DNA of 64,000 bases from a virus: IMG/VR virus record IMGVR_UViG_3300022927_001391, positions 41,169-105,168 of that record, one strand, 5' to 3'. Within the stretch, counting starts at the first letter, position 1. Each line of letters starts with the position of its first letter. The position numbers and the translations under genes were made by a program. The notes beneath the pieces are model-generated. The model was not told the origin of the DNA, ran no database searches, and was given only the letters and a program-made list of their open reading frames with translations. This document shows, one piece after another, positions 18,268 through 26,247 of this stretch.

Positions 18268-18558
18268 TTACCCCCCAATTTGCAGAGGGGTAAGCATGTT
18301 AGCAGGAACCTTCCAAACAGTGTTGGTATTGCCTTCGAACACATTCACCCACTTGCGACCAACCTTGCGGACCTTGCCCGTTACAGTTGAGCCAGTGCGG
18401 GTGGACTCAAAGCTGACAATATCACCAACCATCAGCTTGCGAATGTTCTGCTTAGTGAGCTGCTGACGACGCATCTTAATAGCATGGACGACATCGTCCA
18501 GCTGGCGGTCTGTCATCTGCTGAATATCTGCTACGACACTGTCTACTACGTGGATCAT
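18268..18558 (-). CDS. Hypothetical early protein (SH3/KOW-like C-terminus)
   Basis: GAGGAG RBS; VGDIVSF...GKV.KV...V.V....WKVPA.ML. Confidence 0.65.
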   Translation of the reverse strand: MIHVVDSVVADIQQMTDRQLDDVVHAIKMRRQQLTKQNIRKLMVGDIVSFESTRTGSTVTGKVRKVGRKWVNVFEGNTNTVWKVPANMLTPLQIGG

Positions 18559-18588
18559 CTCTTGCTCCTCAATTTCAACTTATAATGT

Positions 18589-18618
18589 ATAATAGCACGG
18601 ATGCTATTATCGTCAACC
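18589..18618 (-). promoter_or_regulatory. Early promoter cassette
   Basis: GGTTGACG, 16 bp ending GTGC, TATTAT; leader GAAATTGAGGAGCAAGAGATG. Confidence 0.7.
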
Positions 18619-18623
18619 AAAAA

Positions 18624-18683
18624 AACCCGCAGAAAACTACGATTCTATTATTTTTTTAAACCGCAGAAAACTGCGATTTTTTT
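18624..18683. repeat. Imperfect direct repeat of a palindromic unit between divergent promoters
   Basis: CCGCAGAAAACTACGATT and CCGCAGAAAACTGCGATT; the second contains the CGCAG-AAAA-CTGCG inverted repeat; flanked by A/T tracts. Confidence 0.75.
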
Positions 18684-18690
18684 AGGTTAG

Positions 18691-18724
18691 AAACGGTTGA
18701 CTATCTGGTTACCCGTGCTATTAT
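18691..18724 (+). promoter_or_regulatory. Early promoter cassette
   Basis: AAACGGTTGACT, 16 bp ending GTGC, TATTAT; leader GGAAATGAGGAGCAAGCATATG. Confidence 0.7.
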
Positions 18725-18755
18725 GAAGCATAAGTTGGAAATGAGGAGCAAGCAT

Positions 18756-18983
18756 ATGTTTATAAGCGAATGGAAGAAATCGGATTGGCGTACCACAGAA
18801 ACGTGGGAGTCGATCAACTGTTCGAGCGGTGATGTAACAATCACCAAGATTGGCGATGGATTCATGGGTCGCGACCCTAACGGCATGCTGGTTTCACAGT
18901 TTCCTGATACCTGGGAAAACACTGTTCGGATGATGGAATCTTGCTTTGATTGGCGTATAGATTTAGGTGAAAAAATAGCCTAA
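18756..18983 (+). CDS. Hypothetical early protein
   Basis: Start reassigned to ATG 18756 after GAGGAG. Confidence 0.6.
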   Translation: MFISEWKKSDWRTTETWESINCSSGDVTITKIGDGFMGRDPNGMLVSQFPDTWENTVRMMESCFDWRIDLGEKIA

Positions 18984-19016
18984 AACGGTTGACGAAACCC
19001 TTATACGTGCTAATAT
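18983..19016 (+). promoter_or_regulatory. Early promoter cassette
   Basis: AAACGGTTGACG, 16 bp ending GTGC, TAATAT; leader GGAAATGAGGAGCAAGCACATG. Confidence 0.7.
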
Positions 19017-19044
19017 GTATATATAGGAAATGAGGAGCAAGCAC

Positions 19045-19386
19045 ATGGACAAGATGTACAAAGTTATCGAAGATTTGGACAACAAGCGCAACGAGCAGGG
19101 TTTTGAGACTCGTTGGAGCATGTTTGGCGAAGAGATTGTTGATCTCAACGACCGTGTTGTTAACGAAGAGCGTGATATGTATCGTGTAACTTATCGTGCT
19201 TTTGACGAGAACCTGCAGGAATATGAGTTTAGCTCGTTCACTGCTACGAACACTGTAGAGGGTTTTTGGGCAGCGGCTGAGTCCGTTTTCCAGCAGGCCA
19301 GACGTGAAGTTGGTGATTGGCATGTGTTTGTCGAAGGCTTTAATCTCGTTGAGGATGGTAGCTTCCGGCTTACCACTGGCTCGTAA
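19045..19386 (+). CDS. Hypothetical early protein
   Basis: Start reassigned to ATG 19045 after GAGGAG; GDWHVFVEGF motif. Confidence 0.65.
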   Translation: MDKMYKVIEDLDNKRNEQGFETRWSMFGEEIVDLNDRVVNEERDMYRVTYRAFDENLQEYEFSSFTATNTVEGFWAAAESVFQQARREVGDWHVFVEGFNLVEDGSFRLTTGS

Positions 19387-19387
19387 A

Positions 19388-19417
19388 GGTTGACACATAG
19401 CACAGATGTGCTATGTT
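19388..19417 (+). promoter_or_regulatory. Early promoter cassette for the MoxR gene
   Basis: GGTTGACA, 16 bp ending GTGC, TATGTT; overlaps the ACATAGCAC/GTGCTATGT inverted repeat. Confidence 0.6.
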
Positions 19418-19445
19418 TAGATATTAGTTAAACAAGGAGAAAGAA

Positions 19446-20555
19446 ATGGCAGACATTGATGCCCGTACTGTTACTCTTGCAGAAGCCGAGAATCGTATCG
19501 TTCGTGCTTTCCGCAATAAGCTTCCGGTTTTCCTCTGGGGGCCTCCGGGTGTAGGCAAGAGCGAGCTTATGGCTGGCATTGCTGACAAGGGCACCTTGGG
19601 TAATACTGCCCTGGTAGATATCCGTGTTGCTCTTATGGAGCCTACGGACCTGCGTGGCATGCCGTTCCTTAGCAAGAGTCAGGATAACATGCTCTGGGCT
19701 CCCCCTGTGGATCTGCCCAGCGAGGAGATGGCTGCTGAGTATGATACTGTCATCCTGTTCCTGGATGAAATGAACTCAGCCGCGCCGGCTGTGCAGGCCG
19801 CTGCCTACCAGCTGATTCTCAACCGTCGCATCGGCACCTACAAGCTTCCCGATAACGTGGTTATCGTTGCTGCTGGTAACCGTGAGAGCGACAAGGGTGT
19901 TACCTACCGTATGCCCACTCCGCTGGCCAACCGTTTCGTCCACCTTGAGGTCCGTCCGGACTATGAGAGCTGGCTGAACTGGGCTGTTAACAACCAGATC
20001 AATGAAGATGTGGTGGGTTATATCAGCTTCGCCAAGCAGGATCTCATGGACTTTGATCCTCGCTCTAGCGGCCGCTCGTTTGCTACGCCGCGTAGCTGGA
20101 CCTATGTTAGCCGCTTCCTGGAGGACGACGCAATCTCTGACAGCGAGCTCACTGACCTAGTCAGCGGTTGCGTGGGTGAGGGTGTTGCGATTAAGTTTAT
20201 GGCGCACCGTAAGGTTGCCAAGGACATGCCGCATCCTGCGGATATCCTTGCTGGCAAGGTTAAGGAGCTCAAGATTAAGGAGATCAGCGCCCAGTATGCC
20301 CTGACTATTGGCATGTGTTACGAGCTCAAGAATGCCTACGACGACTTTGGTAAGAAGGACGCCAAGCGGTGGCACGAGATGGCTGACAACTTCTTCCGGT
20401 TCATGATGGACTTCTTCCCCACGGAGATGACTGTTATGGGTGCTCGTACGGCTATCACCAACTACAACCTGCCCTTCCAGCCGGACAAGCTGGCGAACTT
20501 TAAGGAGTTTTTTGACCGGTTTGGCAAGTATGTTGTTAAGGCTATGGAGAACTAA
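19446..20555 (+). CDS. MoxR-type AAA+ ATPase
   Basis: Walker A GPPGVGKS, Walker B LFLDEMN, AAGNR, PLANRF, TPRSW. Confidence 0.9.
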   Translation: MADIDARTVTLAEAENRIVRAFRNKLPVFLWGPPGVGKSELMAGIADKGTLGNTALVDIRVALMEPTDLRGMPFLSKSQDNMLWAPPVDLPSEEMAAEYDTVILFLDEMNSAAPAVQAAAYQLILNRRIGTYKLPDNVVIVAAGNRESDKGVTYRMPTPLANRFVHLEVRPDYESWLNWAVNNQINEDVVGYISFAKQDLMDFDPRSSGRSFATPRSWTYVSRFLEDDAISDSELTDLVSGCVGEGVAIKFMAHRKVAKDMPHPADILAGKVKELKIKEISAQYALTIGMCYELKNAYDDFGKKDAKRWHEMADNFFRFMMDFFPTEMTVMGARTAITNYNLPFQPDKLANFKEFFDRFGKYVVKAMEN

Positions 20556-20556
20556 G

Positions 20557-20826
20557 ATGACTGACCTTACACTCGCGGAAGACTTTGCGCCCTGGTGGGA
20601 GTTGTACAAGTACAAAGATCGTGAAATTCCAGCCAGGGAGTTTGGTGACCAAAAGGTTGTTTATAAGCATGGTAGCAACCGCGGATGGCCTGGCGATGAA
20701 GAGGATGTACAGTATTGGGTGGAACTTGAGAACGGATTTGCTGTAGGTATGCGTCATGGACGTGGACCCAGCGGCGCTCGTAGAGCACAGTATGCTGAAT
20801 TTCCTGTGGTTAGAATGAAAGCTTAA
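20557..20826 (+). CDS. Hypothetical protein
   Basis: ATG 20557 after GGAG; WVELENG.AVG motif. Confidence 0.6.
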   Translation: MTDLTLAEDFAPWWELYKYKDREIPAREFGDQKVVYKHGSNRGWPGDEEDVQYWVELENGFAVGMRHGRGPSGARRAQYAEFPVVRMKA

Positions 20827-20832
20827 CCAAGT

Positions 20833-21300
20833 CTAATTTTTAAGAAGTTTGGTTAGTTCCTCTATAACTTTGGAACACTGAGCGCTTTTGTGGAATAACA
20901 TCTGTATCTGCTCCTTAGCAGGTACAGATTCCACAATTTTTTGTAATAACGTAGTTTGCTCTAAGGTGTACAGCGCCATAATTTGATCGTTAGTAATGCT
21001 ATTAGATTGAATAAGTATGTTGCCTATCTCTACGGATATCTTTTCGCCGGCATCCCAGTCAGCTTTAAGATTTTCCTTTATAGCATTGGCACTAGCGGCA
21101 GGTTCAGTTTTTTCTAGGTCCTCCTTAAACGCCTGGTAAATATCAACATAAACTGCTGCTATTTTATATGAGGCCTGGCAGGATATTATAGAACTTAGTC
21201 CGTTACGTAACGTGTCTATTTTAGATTGAGCATACGCCATATTACTAAAGAGAAAAAAAGACAATAAAGTTAAGATTAATTTTGACTTCATGATAAACAA
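20833..21300 (-). CDS. Hypothetical secreted helical protein
   Basis: Signal peptide MKSKLILTLLSFFLFSNMAYA|Q; two Cys; lone antisense AT-rich gene. Confidence 0.65.
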   Translation of the reverse strand: MFIMKSKLILTLLSFFLFSNMAYAQSKIDTLRNGLSSIISCQASYKIAAVYVDIYQAFKEDLEKTEPAASANAIKENLKADWDAGEKISVEIGNILIQSNSITNDQIMALYTLEQTTLLQKIVESVPAKEQIQMLFHKSAQCSKVIEELTKLLKN

Positions 21301-21339
21301 CCTTTATCATATACTTATACATATATCTAGGAGATAACA

Positions 21340-21612
21340 ATGACAGATGAAACACAAGTAGAAACAAGCGAGACAGAAGCAGAAGCAGAACAGGCCGAAG
21401 CGCCTGCTGCACCCAACTTAGAAATTAATGACCTAGTTTTGGTCGCTAATGTAATCCAGGCAGTAGCACAGAGGGGCGCCATTCGTGCCAACGAGATGGC
21501 TACTGTAGGCAATCTATACAACAAACTAATGGCATTTCTAACAGCTAACGGTGCGATTGCTGCGCCACAGGCTGATGAGGCTGAAGAACAAACAGGAGAT
21601 ACTGATGCTTAA
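21340..21612 (+). CDS. Hypothetical acidic phage protein
   Basis: AGGAG RBS; L.INDL...I.AV.QRGA..A.EM..VG.LYNKL. Confidence 0.65.
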   Translation: MTDETQVETSETEAEAEQAEAPAAPNLEINDLVLVANVIQAVAQRGAIRANEMATVGNLYNKLMAFLTANGAIAAPQADEAEEQTGDTDA

Positions 21613-22237
21613 ACATGTTGGGAGACAAGGTGGGGAGAACGTCGTAGTAGTTTTCCGTGAAGTTCCCGGTGAGGAACATATGTGCCTGGTAGTTTACCCA
21701 GGTCAACTACCCACATCATTTCATGATGACCTTATGCGGTGTATTGAGAGTAACGCAGGACAATCATCAAGTCATCTAGGCGAAGCAATGAGTCGTGTAG
21801 TAGGTACTGATGGTCGTAATCTGCTACAAGCAGTACATGCAGAACGATGGATGAAGAAGATTCGTTGTCAGGATGTTATCATGACTCCAGTACCAAATAA
21901 ACCAGGCGCTCGGTTAGATGAAATTAACAAGATCATTGCTGAAATGGAATCAGGTGCAGATGCTGCCAAGCGTATGGCAGAGATTGATGCACAAGCTGGT
22001 CTAGCAGATCCGGCTAAGACTATTGACAATACAGCATATGCTGCAAGTGCTCAGGGTGTACTAACTGATGCAGATATTGCTGCAGACCTGCTGAAGCAGG
22101 CAACACAAATGGAATCACAGATTGCAGGACTACAGGCAGAAGTTGCACGTCTTACTGAAGAAGCAACTGCACTTGATCCGAGTGTTGCTCCAGCACCTGC
22201 TCCTAAGAAGCGTGGCCGTAAGAAGGCTGCTGCCTAA
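21605..22237 (+). CDS. Conserved hypothetical phage protein (coiled-coil, basic tail)
   Basis: Start reassigned to ATG 21605 (MLKHVGR) after GGAG; C-terminal KKRGRKK. Confidence 0.65.
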   Translation: MLKHVGRQGGENVVVVFREVPGEEHMCLVVYPGQLPTSFHDDLMRCIESNAGQSSSHLGEAMSRVVGTDGRNLLQAVHAERWMKKIRCQDVIMTPVPNKPGARLDEINKIIAEMESGADAAKRMAEIDAQAGLADPAKTIDNTAYAASAQGVLTDADIAADLLKQATQMESQIAGLQAEVARLTEEATALDPSVAPAPAPKKRGRKKAAA

Positions 22238-22917
22238 TGAAGGTAAGCCTGGTTAGTTTTAGTCAAGCCAGTCCAGAGTTTTTAACTGAACACGGTCTTA
22301 CTGACGCAGATGTGCAGGACCTTATTGCGTTCTGTGCTAGAGTCAGCAACCCTAGTGGACAGTTAAACATGGAAACTAGCGCCAAGCTCATCAAATATCT
22401 CATCAAACACAAGCACTGGTCTCCCCTAGAAATGGTTAGTGCTTGTATGGAGATTGAAACTACTCGTGACATAGCAAGGCAGATCCTACGTCACAGGAGT
22501 TTTAGTTTCCAGGAATTTAGTCAACGCTATGCTGATCCCACAAAGGATTTAGAGTTCGTTACCCGTGAAGCACGTTTGCAGGATACTACAAACAGGCAGA
22601 ACAGCATTGATACAGAAGATGCTAGTCTACAAGCAACATGGGAAAATAAACAGCTCAATGTTATCGAAGCTGCTCAAAAGGCATATGCGTGGGCTATTGA
22701 GAATGGTATTGCTAAAGAACAAGCCAGAGCTGTATTGCCTGAGGGCAATACAGTAAGCCGCATGTATATGAACGGTACGCTACGTAGTTGGGTACACTAC
22801 ATTGAACTACGTGGTGCTAATGGTACTCAAAAAGAACACATGGATATTGCCCATGCGTGTGCACGAGTAATTGCAGATGTGTTCCCACTTGCGGACGAAA
22901 TGTTTGAATGGACGTAA
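22237..22917 (+). CDS. thyX: FAD-dependent thymidylate synthase
   Basis: HWSPLEM, RQILRHRSFSFQEFSQRY, EQARAVLP, GTLRSW.HY..LR, TQKEH. Confidence 0.95.
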   Translation: MKVSLVSFSQASPEFLTEHGLTDADVQDLIAFCARVSNPSGQLNMETSAKLIKYLIKHKHWSPLEMVSACMEIETTRDIARQILRHRSFSFQEFSQRYADPTKDLEFVTREARLQDTTNRQNSIDTEDASLQATWENKQLNVIEAAQKAYAWAIENGIAKEQARAVLPEGNTVSRMYMNGTLRSWVHYIELRGANGTQKEHMDIAHACARVIADVFPLADEMFEWT

Positions 22918-23180
22918 CTCACAACTGGGTACCTAAACATTCATACCCACAAGGTTGCGGTTACTGGAAAGTATACGAACATCAAATACCCCTCGAGCGT
23001 GATGGTGTAATTGGCGAGAGCATATGGTGGGCGGCAAATAAATGTAAAAGTCGCTGGGGTTGGTATTTTACAGAACATGACAGTCATGCTGTTACAGGCA
23101 ATGCTGTTATGACATTTGAAGATCCTAAAGAAATGGTTTTTTGGGCAATACGTTGGCTAGCAGAACATAGGAAAAAATAA
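22908..23180 (+). CDS. Hypothetical Trp-rich protein
   Basis: ORF coupled to thyX. Confidence 0.55.
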   Translation: MDVTHNWVPKHSYPQGCGYWKVYEHQIPLERDGVIGESIWWAANKCKSRWGWYFTEHDSHAVTGNAVMTFEDPKEMVFWAIRWLAEHRKK

Positions 23181-23449
23181 TGGCAAAAGTTATTAAGAAA
23201 ATTATTACTACTCCACCTGATATAGATAGTATTACTCAAAAGCTTGGTATTGGTAGATTAGAACTGGTCAGCATTGCAGCTAATATAGCCAGAACTAAAA
23301 GGGTAAAAGCTACCGAGGCATTGTGGATGCTGGATCGGGGCGAAGTGGCCTTGGAGCAAGTTCGAGAAAATATTGTTCTACAGTTACAAAAACACGTTCC
23401 AGAACTGGAACAAAAGCAAGAAGATGATACGCCTACACAATCTGAATAG
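23180..23449 (+). CDS. Hypothetical protein
   Basis: TAATG-coupled ORF. Confidence 0.55.
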   Translation: MAKVIKKIITTPPDIDSITQKLGIGRLELVSIAANIARTKRVKATEALWMLDRGEVALEQVRENIVLQLQKHVPELEQKQEDDTPTQSE

Positions 23450-24416
23450 ACTATACGAGGAACTATCTCCAAGTTTAGAACGCATGAACGACCTGGTTTT
23501 AAAATCAGGTCGTGTCATGTTGGGCGAATTTACTGAAAAATTTGAAAACAGAATAGCAACTGTTGCTGGTGTTGAACATGCCGCAGTAGTAGGCAGTGGC
23601 AGTGATGCCTTGTATTATGCTCTAATAGCAGAAAAGGTAGATGGACCAGTAGCAATGCCTGCGCAAACATTTATTGCTACTAGCAATAGCATCGCAAGAG
23701 CAGGATGTCAGCCTGTGTGTATTGACATTAAACCTAATGGATTGCTTGATTGGAATTTAGTTCCGCAAGAGATTGAAACAGCGGTATGGGTAGGATTGTT
23801 TGGAAACACTGAACATATTCCTGATGACTGTTTTGTAATAGAAGATGGTGCTCAACATTTTGGAGCGCCCTTACAAGCAGACACTGCTGCTTACAGTTTT
23901 GATCCCACAAAAGCATTACCCAACTTTGGCAATGGTGGTGCTGTAGTAAGCTGGGATAAAAAGGTTATTGATAGAGTAAAAGAATTACGTAGACATCATA
24001 CAGTAGACGGGCATGTTGGTGGCAATAGTATTATGAGCGAGCGTGATTGTGCTGAGATGCTAGTTAAATTAGATCATTTCCCGTTCTGGCAAGAGCGTAG
24101 ACAGGAGATTGCTAGAGATTATCATCAGCAGTTAGGCAGATACGTAAAGTGTGTAACTGATGCAGATGGACAAGTTAGTAAGTTTGTTATTGAAACATCA
24201 CGTAGAGCTGACTTACAAGCACATCTAACACATCGTAAAATAGAAACAAAACGTGCCTATAGTGAGCCTATTGCTACACTAGACAGAGCAGTGGCAAACT
24301 GTCATAAGTTTTTACAGTTGCCTTGCGATCCATATATGACTGATGAAGAACTGTTAGCTGTTGTAGTGGCTATCAAAGAATTCTTTGAGGAAAGCCCACT
24401 CGAAGGTTTGCTGTAG
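23424..24416 (+). CDS. DegT/DnrJ/EryC1/StrS NDP-sugar aminotransferase
   Basis: GSGSDAL, TFIAT, IEDGAQHFG, YSFDPTKALPNFGNGGAV; start adjusted to ATG 23424. Confidence 0.85.
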   Translation: MIRLHNLNRLYEELSPSLERMNDLVLKSGRVMLGEFTEKFENRIATVAGVEHAAVVGSGSDALYYALIAEKVDGPVAMPAQTFIATSNSIARAGCQPVCIDIKPNGLLDWNLVPQEIETAVWVGLFGNTEHIPDDCFVIEDGAQHFGAPLQADTAAYSFDPTKALPNFGNGGAVVSWDKKVIDRVKELRRHHTVDGHVGGNSIMSERDCAEMLVKLDHFPFWQERRQEIARDYHQQLGRYVKCVTDADGQVSKFVIETSRRADLQAHLTHRKIETKRAYSEPIATLDRAVANCHKFLQLPCDPYMTDEELLAVVVAIKEFFEESPLEGLL

Positions 24417-25595
24417 ATCATTTCCATCTTGAACATACTTGACTGCATCTTCAGCACCTCGCACACTCCACTCACCGTTCTCACCATTACCAACTGTACT
24501 CCATTGCTCTAGTCTATAACGACTCTCAATGTCCGACTGTTGAGTAAGTTTAACACACTCACGAAACGCTGTACGCCAAGTTTCATATGGTGTGGTGTTA
24601 AAGTCAGCAGTGCTTCCTACGACAGGTACTACACCATGTCTAGCACTTAGCGTAAAATCCAATCCCCATTCTGTAGCATCTAACACCATCTGTTTGTGGT
24701 ATGCAATAATACCCATGTGCCCATATTCTAGTCCGTTAACAGGATTACGACTATGAAATATCCAGTGTTTGGGCCCTTGTAGCCAGTCCGGTTGCCACTT
24801 AAAATTAAAGTCGGGCTCGACGATACACTTAGCAAACACGTTAAAGAACCAGGGTGTTTCGCTTATCTCAGCACAGGCTTTGTATGCTTGTGCTCTGCCT
24901 GTGACGCCGTCTATGCGCTTGGCTCTAGGGCACTGTGCCTTTAACAGAAACCAGTTTTTATCGGCGTTTTTTTCACCATTACTAAGATATACAACATCTA
25001 GTGGCTTTTCTTCTATATTATAGTCCGTATGACGCAATATGTATGGGTAGTCATAGAATTGGTCCTTAAAATGCTGTTTACAGTCCCTAGGCACTAGTAG
25101 TACACTGCCGCTCTGTGTAAAGGCGTGTAGATCACGTTTTTTCCATAGACTGGGATCATAGTTAATGTCTGCGGGAGTTTGCTTGTGCCATGCATATAGG
25201 CTTGTTTGTTCATTCAAACTATCAACTGTAGGCCACTCATAACGCTGTATATAGGGCTCTGTATGCCAGTTGATATGCTTGTACCACTCTAGTAGTTTAA
25301 GGCCCTCTTGTTGACGCTTAAAAGCAGCTACAGGCACTAGGAAAGTATCCCCAAACTGCTGGTTACCGCTAGCCCAACAGTGTATCTGATCTGCTTCCCA
25401 GGGTGCAGGTTGCCATGTAAAATCAAATGTTGCATAATTGCAACAGTCTGCTACAATCCACACATACTCTGTACGAGCACGGTTAACACACCTACGTATT
25501 GTATCTAGGTGTGTACCGTTCCAACGAGTGTATTGTGTGTGGGCTGGTAGGTCAACAGTATTACCTGTAATCTGCATGCAAAAGATATCAAACAT
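24354..25595 (-). CDS. Glycosyltransferase-like protein (GT-A-like, two domains)
   Basis: C-terminal half parallels 42187..43113 (YLS..E, RIDGV.G, NP/AVNGL.YG, WR..FRE.VK); N-terminal half has EYVWIVAD. Confidence 0.55.
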   Translation of the reverse strand: MFDIFCMQITGNTVDLPAHTQYTRWNGTHLDTIRRCVNRARTEYVWIVADCCNYATFDFTWQPAPWEADQIHCWASGNQQFGDTFLVPVAAFKRQQEGLKLLEWYKHINWHTEPYIQRYEWPTVDSLNEQTSLYAWHKQTPADINYDPSLWKKRDLHAFTQSGSVLLVPRDCKQHFKDQFYDYPYILRHTDYNIEEKPLDVVYLSNGEKNADKNWFLLKAQCPRAKRIDGVTGRAQAYKACAEISETPWFFNVFAKCIVEPDFNFKWQPDWLQGPKHWIFHSRNPVNGLEYGHMGIIAYHKQMVLDATEWGLDFTLSARHGVVPVVGSTADFNTTPYETWRTAFRECVKLTQQSDIESRYRLEQWSTVGNGENGEWSVRGAEDAVKYVQDGNDLQQTFEWAFLKEFFDSHYNS

Positions 25596-25596
25596 T

Positions 25597-26247
25597 CTAT
25601 AAAAACTTATTCATAATGAAATCAGCTATAGCCCTATGTCCTATTCTGTTAGGATGCATTTCACATGGCCTTATAAAATTTTGAACATCACTATTATTAT
25701 CTTGTAGCCAACATGAAAAATCTCCACAATGTGGATATTCTGCAAAGTAATTTTGTGTGTCAAAAACTTCTTTGACTAAACAAGAACGTTTACTAATTAA
25801 CCATGCGTTATCTGGAATCAGATCGTACAAGAAACTTTCTGCTAACTGCCCTGCAAATAAATTTACAAAGTAGCACTGTATACCCAAATCCTGGCACCAT
25901 TTATATAAAATATAAAGAGTTTGGCTTGCAACTATGTCATCATTGTAGTCGTTGCCAGTCATTTGTAGTATGCGAAGTTCACTAATTTCTTGGGCAGTGC
26001 CTTCTGAATAATCTATGTAGTTATTGTAATCTTTGTAAAACATCTGTCTACTTGGATCTGTCAAACAAAAAATTGCTATACTAAAATCTTTTCGTACCTC
26101 ATTAAAACGTCTAAGTAATCCAGGAATACTTGTTCCGTTAACACCATAGTTGTTTGATCCTAACAAACAAGGAAAAGACCACTTACTATCTAACTCAGCT
26201 CCATATACCCAACTATCTCCAAAAAAAACTACACGATTAAAATCCAA
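25597..26247 (-). CDS. SGNH/GDSL-like protein
   Basis: FGDSWVYG, NYGVNGTS, HPNRIGH. Confidence 0.7.
   Translation of the reverse strand: MDFNRVVFFGDSWVYGAELDSKWSFPCLLGSNNYGVNGTSIPGLLRRFNEVRKDFSIAIFCLTDPSRQMFYKDYNNYIDYSEGTAQEISELRILQMTGNDYNDDIVASQTLYILYKWCQDLGIQCYFVNLFAGQLAESFLYDLIPDNAWLISKRSCLVKEVFDTQNYFAEYPHCGDFSCWLQDNNSDVQNFIRPCEMHPNRIGHRAIADFIMNKFL

Noticed and set aside
18621-19047. Repeats as a possible CRISPR mini-array
   Set aside because: Repeats are short, irregularly spaced and explained by promoter/RBS cassettes; no cas genes or uniform spacers.
16987-20788. Many long antisense/overlapping ORFs in the VWA-MoxR region
   Set aside because: Expected from higher GC and biased codon use on the coding strand; no independent signals.
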